Shown in pieces: positions 9,009 through 17,304 of a stretch of 33,457 nt of DNA. The notes under the pieces are model-generated. The model searched no databases. It saw only the letters and a program-made list of their open reading frames with translations, and had not been told where the DNA came from. Origin of the DNA: Promethearchaeota archaeon (GTDB taxonomy: Archaea > Asgardarchaeota > Lokiarchaeia > Sigyniarchaeales > SOKP01); the NCBI GenBank assembly GCA_029838195.1, contig JALGVJ010000037.1:1-33457 (forward strand), written 5' to 3'. The position numbers were made by a program, and so were the translations under genes. Numbering within the stretch: position 1 is the stretch's first letter; each line of letters begins with the position of its first letter.

Positions 9009-10139
9009 ATGAGCATGAAATTAAGTGGAGAAAGATTTAAAGTCATTTATAGTTTGACAGGCAATGCTGAGGAGGCTAGGAAAAAAGCTAAGGATATTTG
9101 TTATGAGCAAACCGTAGAATTTCCAGAAGATTTAATTCCTTCGGGAATAATAAAGGAGGAAATCGTGGGAAAAATTGAGGATTTAATTAAAATTGAGGAA
9201 AATCGATTTAAAGCCACTATTAGTTATGCAATAGAAATTACTGGTTTTGAAATCACCCAAATCCTCAACATAATTTTCGGTAATATTAGCATTAAACCCG
9301 GAATCAAGGTGGAGAACATCCAATTTTCAGACCTGCTCCTTAAACACTTTAAAGGACCCCGATTTGGACGATCAGGAATAAGAAAATTGCTTGACGTTCC
9401 GAATCGACCAATATTATGCACGGCATTAAAACCCATGGGCCTTTCTCCCCAACAATTAGCCGATTTCGCATATCAATTTGCCAAAGGAGGCATTGATATC
9501 ATTAAAGATGACCATGGTATTGCAAACCAAGAATTTTGTCCCCTTGAGAAGCGCATTAAATCATGTTGTGAGGCGGTTGAAAAAGCAAATCGTGAAACGG
9601 GCTATAATTGTCTTTACATGCCAAATATTGGTGGCCCTTTGGAAAAAATTAGGGATAAAATAATGATGGCGAAAGAAACTGGGGTAGGAGGTCTGTTGCT
9701 TTGTCCAGGTCTCATCGGGTTTGATATTTGTCGCCAATTAACCGAAAATGATGATATTTTGCTGCCGGTATTAGCTCATCCCGCACTTTTGGGAAGTTTT
9801 GTTACCAGTCGTGAAAATGGGATTTCCCATGGGATTATTTTTGGTCAACTTATGCGATTAATAGGAGCAGATGCCATCATCTATCCGAATTATGGAGGAA
9901 GATTCTCTTTTACCCCAGAAGAATGTAAATCTATTGTCGAAATGACTCAATCCCCCATGGCACACTTTTCTCCTATTTTTCCAGCTCCAGCAGGAGGGAT
10001 GACCATGAACCGCATCCCTGAAATGCTTGATTTTTATGGAAATGAGGTAATTTTCCTCATTGGAGGAGATTTACATCGTCATGGAAAGAACCTCATAAAA
10101 AATAGTAAAAAATTTAAAAAATTAGTCGAAAGTTTATGA
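9009..10139 (+). CDS. RuBisCO-like protein (form IV RLP), resembling the MTRu-1-P 1,3-isomerase type
   Basis: EQTVE, FGN, GPRFG..G.R, CTALKPMGL, GGIDIIKDDHG (9504-9515 = KDDH), AHP, GAD..IYPNYGGRF, PAPAGG, LIGG. Several carboxylase residues are substituted. An alternative start is ATG 9015. Confidence 0.92.
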   Translation: MSMKLSGERFKVIYSLTGNAEEARKKAKDICYEQTVEFPEDLIPSGIIKEEIVGKIEDLIKIEENRFKATISYAIEITGFEITQILNIIFGNISIKPGIKVENIQFSDLLLKHFKGPRFGRSGIRKLLDVPNRPILCTALKPMGLSPQQLADFAYQFAKGGIDIIKDDHGIANQEFCPLEKRIKSCCEAVEKANRETGYNCLYMPNIGGPLEKIRDKIMMAKETGVGGLLLCPGLIGFDICRQLTENDDILLPVLAHPALLGSFVTSRENGISHGIIFGQLMRLIGADAIIYPNYGGRFSFTPEECKSIVEMTQSPMAHFSPIFPAPAGGMTMNRIPEMLDFYGNEVIFLIGGDLHRHGKNLIKNSKKFKKLVESL

Positions 10140-10436
10140 TATTACATCTTCATTAAATTGGTAAAGTCAAAAACTTAATGAACCATGCTGAATGAATCGT
10201 GCAACTTAATTTTTCTTATTATAACTTTCCATTTTTTTTTAATTATAATGAACTCATTTTCTATCCATTCATGGATGCTTGATTCAATAAAGTAAAAAAC
10301 TCGAATCTTCTATCATAGAAGGGTTAGTTGATCAGAAAAACAATTCACTTCAATTAAAAATTTAAAATTGTTGAAAAGATTTCATTTCAAGTACCACGTG
10401 TCGATTCACGACTCATTTTTATCATATAAAAGTAAT

Positions 10437-11123
10437 TCACTTAATTTTTCCATATATTAATTTAACAGGATATTTTGCAGCAAGTTCATAATTCTTCGGA
10501 GATATCTCAGCAGTTAATACCCATAATTCATCCGGTTTCTTATAAAGATGTTCATATAATTTACTAACTTGGACAAAATGGTATATATCTCGATAATCAG
10601 CTTTAAATTTTATTTCCATGAGTATTGTTTTACCATTTTCAATGAGAATGTCAATATCCGTGGTATATCCTTTAGGAAAGAATAGTCCCTCCTCATCCCT
10701 TAATTCAATCCGTTCTATGCGTTTTATTTCAATATCCTTTAATTCATGAACTTCTTTTAATAAATTCAAGACCATCTCTTGAGTCCCTTTTCCTCCTCTA
10801 TCTCCTATATTATCAATCGCACCCTTCAGTTCATCAAATCGCTTATCCATGGCCTTGAATCGTTCATTCATCTGCTTGATGAGGGCTTCAAATCGCTTAT
10901 CCACGGCCTCGAATCGTTCGTTCATCTGCTTGATGAGGGTTTCGAATCGCTTATCCACGGCCTCGAATCGTTCGTTCATCTGCTTGATGAGATCTTCGAA
11001 TCGTCGGTCTAAATCTTCCTTAGTTGGCACGATAGTAGATAAAACAGAAAGGATAGCTCCCTTTACCTCATCATCTTCACGAATTAATTTCGGGAGTAAT
11101 TTTAAAAATTCTTCTTTTTCCAT
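10437..11123 (-). CDS. Coiled-coil plus PD-(D/E)XK nuclease-fold protein (DUF3782-like archaeal family)
   Basis: N-terminal EEFLKLLPKLIREDDE, an 18-aa coiled-coil repeat, and C-terminal DIDIL...LMEIK nuclease-like motif. Confidence 0.7.
   Translation of the reverse strand: MEKEEFLKLLPKLIREDDEVKGAILSVLSTIVPTKEDLDRRFEDLIKQMNERFEAVDKRFETLIKQMNERFEAVDKRFEALIKQMNERFKAMDKRFDELKGAIDNIGDRGGKGTQEMVLNLLKEVHELKDIEIKRIERIELRDEEGLFFPKGYTTDIDILIENGKTILMEIKFKADYRDIYHFVQVSKLYEHLYKKPDELWVLTAEISPKNYELAAKYPVKLIYGKIK
10837..11003. repeat. Intragenic tandem repeat, 3 x 54 bp plus a partial copy
   Basis: Units begin at 10837, 10891 and 10945 (AATCGCTTATCCAYGGCCTYGAATCGTTCRTTCATCTGCTTGATGAG...). They encode (E-x-LIKQMNERF[E/K]A[V/M]DKRF)n on the minus strand. 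Confidence 0.95.
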
Positions 11124-11189
11124 TTGTTGAATTCCTCTAAATCTACTATATTAAATTTTAATATTAATATTAATTTTTTTTATTGAAAA

Positions 11190-12239
11190 TTAGCAAATTC
11201 TAGGGATGTTTTCACCCAGCGGCATGTCTATAAACCGAGTTCCACCAATAAGCGTATTTAATAATACTTTTTTTGGATGATCTTTTTTAACTTCTCCAAT
11301 AATTTCGGCATCTTTTCCAAGGGAAGTTTTTCGTATTTTCATTAAAATCTCATGAGCACGGGTAGATTCCACGCATAACAAGGCTCTTCCTTCCGAAGCA
11401 ATATTAAAGGGATCCAAACCTAACATTTCACAGATCGCTTTTACTTCCTTTTTAATAGGAATTGTATCTTCTTCAAGATAGATGCTTTTATTTGATTTTT
11501 TGGCCCAATCATTTAGAGCGGCAGCAATACCTCCTCGAGTAGGATCTTTCATAGCGTGGATGGAATTTTTCTTGAGATCTTCTTTAATTATCTCCATGAT
11601 AGGAGTGAGAACAGTGAGATCGGAATTTAATTCTGAAGTGATGTTCAATCCTTCTCGAGCTGCCATTAAAGCTGTTCCATGATCACCAATGGTTCCCGTA
11701 ATAATGATCTTATCTCCCTCTTTCAGATTCTTATCCTCTATCCTGATTGTTTTCTCACGAATCCCTATTCCCGTGGTAGCAAGGATCATTTCATTTAAAG
11801 TTCCTCGAGGCATGACTTTTGTATCACCGGCAATTATTGCTAAGCCCAACTCATTAGCCGTGGTATTAAATGAATTCATGATTTTTTCTAAGGTCTTAAA
11901 TTTTAACCCCTCTTCCACGATGACAATAGAAGTTAACGCTAAGGGTTCTGCGCCCATCATTAACAAGTCATTTACCGTTCCACAGATGCTCAACTTGCCA
12001 AGATCTCCTCCTGGAAAAATGAGGGGATGAATTGTATGCCCATCAGCAGTAATGACGAGTTCTTGATCCTTCCATTTTAAGGGAATGGTCGCACCGTCGT
12101 CCATTTCCTCTAATCCGATTCCATTGTTGAGATTTTTTTTGAAAATGCTTTTAGTAATGAAATTAATGAGTTCTTCTTGTAAAATCCCACCAGCACCATG
12201 AGCTAAACGAATGCTTTTTGACCCTTCAAATGCATTCAT
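11190..12239 (-). CDS. hypE: Hydrogenase maturation protein HypE (carbamoyl dehydratase)
   Basis: LAHGAGG, DDGA, FPGGDLGKLSICGTVNDL, GDTKV, GDHG, DPTRGG, and the C-terminal PRIC with the catalytic Cys. Confidence 0.97.
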   Translation of the reverse strand: MNAFEGSKSIRLAHGAGGILQEELINFITKSIFKKNLNNGIGLEEMDDGATIPLKWKDQELVITADGHTIHPLIFPGGDLGKLSICGTVNDLLMMGAEPLALTSIVIVEEGLKFKTLEKIMNSFNTTANELGLAIIAGDTKVMPRGTLNEMILATTGIGIREKTIRIEDKNLKEGDKIIITGTIGDHGTALMAAREGLNITSELNSDLTVLTPIMEIIKEDLKKNSIHAMKDPTRGGIAAALNDWAKKSNKSIYLEEDTIPIKKEVKAICEMLGLDPFNIASEGRALLCVESTRAHEILMKIRKTSLGKDAEIIGEVKKDHPKKVLLNTLIGGTRFIDMPLGENIPRIC

Positions 12240-12552
12240 GATAAGTATGAGAAAGTTTCCATTGTAAAAAGAATTTGGTTCTGATAATTAATAAGGGGTT
12301 ATCTCGAAGAAATTAGAGCATTGTTGAAAAACAAGCTACTCTAATTAACAATGGATATTCTTTTTCTCGTGTATTTACCTTATAATTTACCATTCTTTAA
12401 TTTTAATTAGAAAAAGGGAGGTGGCTTTTTCTTTATGGTCTAAATTTTACAAAAAGAATCAGGAATAATAACATCAATACTCATGATTCGATAAAATAAA
12501 CCTTTTTTAGGAAAAAAACATGAGTTAATTAATAACATCTCCATGGAATTTG

Positions 12553-13668
12553 ATGGAAAAAAGAATGTCTGAAAAAACATTGTATAAAGTCGCCAAGCTC
12601 ATCGTGAGAGCAAGTGGTAATCCATTATTTCAAGCTAACGCAACTTTAGTCGAGCTTTTAAAAACCTTGTTGACGGAAGAACAGATAAATTTCTTGCTCC
12701 ATTTTAAGAAACCCTCTTTAACCTTTCTCGAATTAAAAGAAAAAACGGGCATGGATGATGAGACTTTAATGAAAATGCTCAATTCATTGATGGATAATGG
12801 ATTTCTAATGGATTGGCCCGTTAAAGGATCAGACATGATGGAATATCGTTTGTTGCCTCCTATAGCGGATACATTCGAATATTCACTAGTGCGATTAGAT
12901 AGACCCCTCGAGCAGAAAAAGAAATTAGCAAAAATATATGAAAAAATGTTCCAAGAAGCTACAGAACTGACCCAAACGAATTATGATGGTTTAATGCCAA
13001 TCTTCAAGGAAAAAATGCCCGTATTTGCTCGAATTATTCCCATTGAAAAAGAAATATCCGTTCCTCAAGAAAAAGTCTTACCCCTCCATGAAGCTTCCAA
13101 AATTGTTGAAAATCAAGAAATAATTTCTCTTTCTCAATGTCCGTGTAAACTCCAAAGAGAACTCTTAGATGATCCTTGTAAAATCGCTTCTGATATTAAT
13201 AGATGCATGCATTTCGGCAATATAGGACGCTATTTTATAGAACACGGGCTTGGAAAACAAATTACCCGAGAAGAGGCAAAACAAGTTTTAAAAGAAGCCG
13301 AAGCCGAAGGTCTCGTCCATAAGACTTTTCACGATGATTTCAATATCGAGCAGAATGAAAATGCGATTTGCAATTGCTGTAAGGATTGTTGCATACTTTT
13401 TCAGAGTTATTACCGCGGGATTTTCGCCTATCACACTTTAACATCATATCTAGCGCGTGTCGATACATCAAAATGCAAAGCTTGTGGAACGTGCGTTGAG
13501 AAATGCCCTATTGAGGCTTGTTCTATCAAAGATGGGAAATCTTTCGTTGATGAATATCGTTGTATTGGATGTGGAGTCTGCGTACATCATTGTCCCGAAA
13601 AGGCAAGATCGTTACATCGAACTGAATTGAGAGAAATATACTTACCACCTCCAAAAATTAAAAAATGA
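12553..13668 (+). CDS. Iron-sulfur protein: N-terminal winged-HTH-like region, Cys-rich core, C-terminal 2x[4Fe-4S] ferredoxin
   Basis: CPCK, C..RCM, GLVH, ICNCCKDCC, CKACGTCVEKCP and CIGCGVCVHHCP. Start uncertain (TTG 12550, ATG 12553 or ATG 12565). Confidence 0.8.
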   Translation: MEKRMSEKTLYKVAKLIVRASGNPLFQANATLVELLKTLLTEEQINFLLHFKKPSLTFLELKEKTGMDDETLMKMLNSLMDNGFLMDWPVKGSDMMEYRLLPPIADTFEYSLVRLDRPLEQKKKLAKIYEKMFQEATELTQTNYDGLMPIFKEKMPVFARIIPIEKEISVPQEKVLPLHEASKIVENQEIISLSQCPCKLQRELLDDPCKIASDINRCMHFGNIGRYFIEHGLGKQITREEAKQVLKEAEAEGLVHKTFHDDFNIEQNENAICNCCKDCCILFQSYYRGIFAYHTLTSYLARVDTSKCKACGTCVEKCPIEACSIKDGKSFVDEYRCIGCGVCVHHCPEKARSLHRTELREIYLPPPKIKK

Positions 13669-13983
13669 TAAATGATGGATGAAATTAATGGTTAATAGAA
13701 TTTTTTTTTTAATTAAATTAAGGAGTTAAAAATTAATTAATATAAATTTAAAAGTATTATCGTCCGAAAAACACGGATTCTGATTTTTATTATCTTTTAA
13801 ATTAAGATTAAGCGAGAAATGAATAGAAATTATCAATTAATAATCATGTGAGCGCATGAATCAAGCCCTCTAAATATATAACAGGGGGGTTATTAGTAGA
13901 AAACCATTCTTCCATTGCCAAATGAGTTTAAAATTGTTTTTTAAATTAAATAAAATAAATACATAAAGAATTTGATGATAATT

Positions 13984-16900
13984 TCACCAATTTATTTCTT
14001 TTAACATCTGATGATAGTCATTTAAACTTTTGACAGTAAAGGTTTTTCTTCTTCTTACCTTTTTAATAGCATTGACCACTGCATTGGCTAGCTGTAAATT
14101 AATGAGAACAGGGATATTATAATCGACTGCCATCCGCCTTATTAAATACTCATCTTCCAAGATGGTTCTAAATTTATTTTCTGCTGTTGAAGGCATTGGA
14201 ATATTAATTACCATATCGATTTGTCCCTCTTGAAGGTATTGTTTGATATTAGGTTGCATTCCATGTTCATGAATTTTATACAATTTAATCGCATCAATAT
14301 TATTCGCTTTAAGGGCTTTTGCGGTATCCTCAGTAGCGTATATTTTGAATCCCAATTTTTTTAATTTAATCGCAAGAGGGATTACTTTTTTCTTTAATTC
14401 TTCTCCACCCACGGAAACTAATACATTGCCTCCGTTAATGGGGATATATTGTTCTGCCGATTCGAGAGCCATCATCAAAGCACTAGGAAAATCATCGCTA
14501 ATCACGGCAACTTCGCCAGTCGAATTCATTTCTACACCAAGAACCGGATCTGCTTTATCTAATCTCATGAAAGAAAACATGGGAGATTTAACGCTAACAA
14601 AATCTCCATAAGGAAGATTCAATAATCGTTCCGGGATTTCTTTTCCCATAATTACTTCAGCAGCTACTCGCATTAAATTAATGCCCCTCGTTTTGGATAC
14701 ATAGGGCATACTTCGTGAAGAACGAAGATTGCATTCAATAACATAAACTTCTCCATTTTTAACTAAATATTGGATATTAAACGGGCCGACAATATGAAGG
14801 GCTAAGGCAATTTTCCTGGTATATTCCTCAATTTTAGTGATGATTTTTTCATGAAGTGTCTGAGGCGGGATAACCATGGTAGCATCCCCACTATGTACCC
14901 CCGCATTTTCAATATGCTCTATAATGGCACCTATTAATACTTTTTTCCCATCTGATACACCATCACACTCGATTTCACGGGAATCTGTAAAAAACTTGCT
15001 TATAACAACGGGATATTCAGAAGAAACTGCTGCTGCCAATTCAAGAGTATCTATTAGCGTCTTCTCATCGTAAGAGACCCTCATTGCAGCACCGCTTAGC
15101 ACGTATGAAGGGCGCACGAGAACGGGAAATCCAACAGCTCGGGCAAATTCAAGTGCATCTTTCATGGACGTTACTGTAGCCCATTCTGGTTGTTTAATGC
15201 TTAGTTGATCTAATAATTTAGAAAATTTAGCTCTATTTTCTGCTAAATCTATGCGAGAACCGGGGGTACCAAGAATTTTTATGTTGGTTTTACGATAGAA
15301 ATCAGAATATTTAGAAAATTTGGCAGCAAGGTTTTGCGCAATTTGACCTCCTGCATTTAATACAATGCCGTGAGGTTTTTCTAATTCAGCAATGTCTAAA
15401 ACACGTTCTCCAGAGAGTTCTTCAAAATAAAGTCTATCAGAAATATCATAATCCGTAGACACAGTTTCCGGATTGTAATTAATCATTATTGCTTTATTAA
15501 TTCCTAATTTTTTCAACCCCCATAAACAATTTACGGAGCCCCAGTCGAATTCCACGCTTGCTCCGATTCTATAAGTACCGCTACCGAGCACGATTACCTT
15601 GCGCAAATCTTTTTGTTGCCATTCTTGTTCAAAATTAATATCATGCTTATTTGCCCAGTAAGTGAGATAAAGATAATGCCTTTGAGGATTTACTTGTCCT
15701 GCTAATGTATCAATTTGCTTGACATACGGAATGATATTATATCGCTTTCTCAGACGGCGAATGGTAGGAGTACTCGTGTTCAAAATTTTTGCTATTTGTC
15801 CATCTGAAAAGCCATATCGTTTAGCCAGCATTAGTACTTCCTTTTTTTCTTCTTCTGACGTGTCTAATAAATTTATTTTTTTTAACTGTTCTTCGACATC
15901 AATGATATTTTTTAATTTGTATAAGAACCATTCATCTATACGAGTTCTTTCATAAATCTCATCTATTGAAATTCCCTTTTTAATGGCTTCCCCTATTCTT
16001 AAAAATCGAAGATCAGTTGGGTGGCTAAGCTCATATTTTAATTCATTAATATCTTCGATTGGAGGAAGATCATTAGCAACAAATCCCTTAAGACCTATGT
16101 CAAGCATTCTTAATGCTTTTTGACATGCTTCTTCAAAATTTCTCCCGATACTCATACATTCACCGACTCCTTTCATTTGCGGACCTATGTGCCTATCTAC
16201 TTTCTCAAATTTTATTAAATCCCAACGAGGATATTTTACAACAATATAATCAGTTAAAGGTTCGAAATGTGCTGTGGTTTTAAGTGCAATTTGATTTAAA
16301 AGTTCTGGTAAAGTATATCCTATGGCAATTTTAGCGGCAATATAAGCTAATGGGTAACCTGTTGCCTTTGAGGCCAACGCAGAAGATCTAGAAAGACGGG
16401 CATTTATTTCTATAGCTCTATAATTTTTTGAAAATGGGTCAAGAGCCCATTGTATATTACATTCACCACAAACTCCAACAGTTTTCGTGGCTCTAATTGA
16501 TGCGGAACGAAGCATCTGTAATTCTTCATCCGTAAGAGTTTGTGCAGGGGCTACGACAATAGAATCACCAGTGTGAATTCCGCAAGGATCCACATTTTCC
16601 ATGCTGCAATTTATAAAACAATTATCCTCAGAATCTCTTAAAATTTCAAATTCAATTTCTTTCCAGCCCCAAACGCTTTCTTCAATCAAAATCTGATTAA
16701 TTCTGGATTGAGCCAACCCTCTCTTCGCAATTTTCTCAAATTGGTCCCAGTTATGAATCAAACCAGATCCTTGTCCTCCCAACACGTATGCTACTCTTAA
16801 CATGAGAGGAAATCCTATTATTTTTGCTGCTTCTACAGCATCTCTATAATTATTAACTGCAGTACTCTTGCAAACGGGGCAATTAGCTTTATTCATGGCT

Positions 16901-17301
16901 TTAACGAATAAATCACGATCTTCTGTAGCTTCAATAGCTTCAATTGGAGTTCCTAATACTTTAACACCATATTTTTGAAGGATTCCCTTATGATATAATT
17001 CTACCCCAACATTTAATCCGGTTTGTCCTCCAAATGATAAACAAATTCCATCTGGTTTCTCTTTTTTTATTATTTCTTCTACGCATTTAGGGGTTATGGG
17101 TAGAAGATAAACTCGAGAACTCATTTGTGGATCTGTTTGAATGGTAGCAATATTTGGATTAATCAAAATAGTTTCAATATTTTCTTCGTTAAGAGCCTTG
17201 AGTACTTGACTTCCAGAATAATCAAATTCACCAGCTTGGCCAATTCGAACGGCCCCAGAACCTAAAACTAAGACTTTTTTTAAAGATTTATCCAATGGCA
17301 T
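13984..17301 (-). CDS. carB: Carbamoyl-phosphate synthase large subunit
   Basis: VLGSG...IGQAGEFDYSG.Q, NPNIATIQTD, GIHTGDS, RLSRSSALASKATGYP, a second ATP-grasp (NYNPETVSTDYD, GVHSGDAT) and a C-terminal MGS-like domain. Confidence 0.98.
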   Translation of the reverse strand: MPLDKSLKKVLVLGSGAVRIGQAGEFDYSGSQVLKALNEENIETILINPNIATIQTDPQMSSRVYLLPITPKCVEEIIKKEKPDGICLSFGGQTGLNVGVELYHKGILQKYGVKVLGTPIEAIEATEDRDLFVKAMNKANCPVCKSTAVNNYRDAVEAAKIIGFPLMLRVAYVLGGQGSGLIHNWDQFEKIAKRGLAQSRINQILIEESVWGWKEIEFEILRDSEDNCFINCSMENVDPCGIHTGDSIVVAPAQTLTDEELQMLRSASIRATKTVGVCGECNIQWALDPFSKNYRAIEINARLSRSSALASKATGYPLAYIAAKIAIGYTLPELLNQIALKTTAHFEPLTDYIVVKYPRWDLIKFEKVDRHIGPQMKGVGECMSIGRNFEEACQKALRMLDIGLKGFVANDLPPIEDINELKYELSHPTDLRFLRIGEAIKKGISIDEIYERTRIDEWFLYKLKNIIDVEEQLKKINLLDTSEEEKKEVLMLAKRYGFSDGQIAKILNTSTPTIRRLRKRYNIIPYVKQIDTLAGQVNPQRHYLYLTYWANKHDINFEQEWQQKDLRKVIVLGSGTYRIGASVEFDWGSVNCLWGLKKLGINKAIMINYNPETVSTDYDISDRLYFEELSGERVLDIAELEKPHGIVLNAGGQIAQNLAAKFSKYSDFYRKTNIKILGTPGSRIDLAENRAKFSKLLDQLSIKQPEWATVTSMKDALEFARAVGFPVLVRPSYVLSGAAMRVSYDEKTLIDTLELAAAVSSEYPVVISKFFTDSREIECDGVSDGKKVLIGAIIEHIENAGVHSGDATMVIPPQTLHEKIITKIEEYTRKIALALHIVGPFNIQYLVKNGEVYVIECNLRSSRSMPYVSKTRGINLMRVAAEVIMGKEIPERLLNLPYGDFVSVKSPMFSFMRLDKADPVLGVEMNSTGEVAVISDDFPSALMMALESAEQYIPINGGNVLVSVGGEELKKKVIPLAIKLKKLGFKIYATEDTAKALKANNIDAIKLYKIHEHGMQPNIKQYLQEGQIDMVINIPMPSTAENKFRTILEDEYLIRRMAVDYNIPVLINLQLANAVVNAIKKVRRRKTFTVKSLNDYHQMLKEINW

Positions 17302-17304
17302 TTG

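Noticed and set aside
9009-10139. CO2-fixing RuBisCO (form III, AMP/nucleoside pathway) with MtnA read as ribose-1,5-bisphosphate isomerase
   Set aside because: KDDH, loss of the second Lys, the Arg after His and the loop-6 Lys mark a form IV RLP. The isomerase has MtnA-specific HCNTGALAT and ETRP.LQGARLT motifs and is coupled to mtnK.
7036-10139. Apiose/apionate catabolism, which also uses split transketolases and RLPs
   Set aside because: No apiose isomerase, FGGY kinase, dehydrogenase or sugar ABC genes are present, and the neighbours are mtnK and mtnA. It is disfavoured but not excluded without a phylogeny.
4571-10139. GC-content shift as proof of horizontal transfer
   Set aside because: Some lines look more GC-rich, but mvhG is similar. 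The difference cannot be established without computing it.
10307-10321. Palindrome CTTCTAT-C-ATAGAAG between the convergent RLP and nuclease-like genes
   Set aside because: Short and AT-rich with no second copy seen, so it is compatible with chance.
10837-11003. CRISPR array
   Set aside because: The repeats are contiguous with no unique spacers, keep frame (54 bp) and encode a coiled coil. No cas genes are present.
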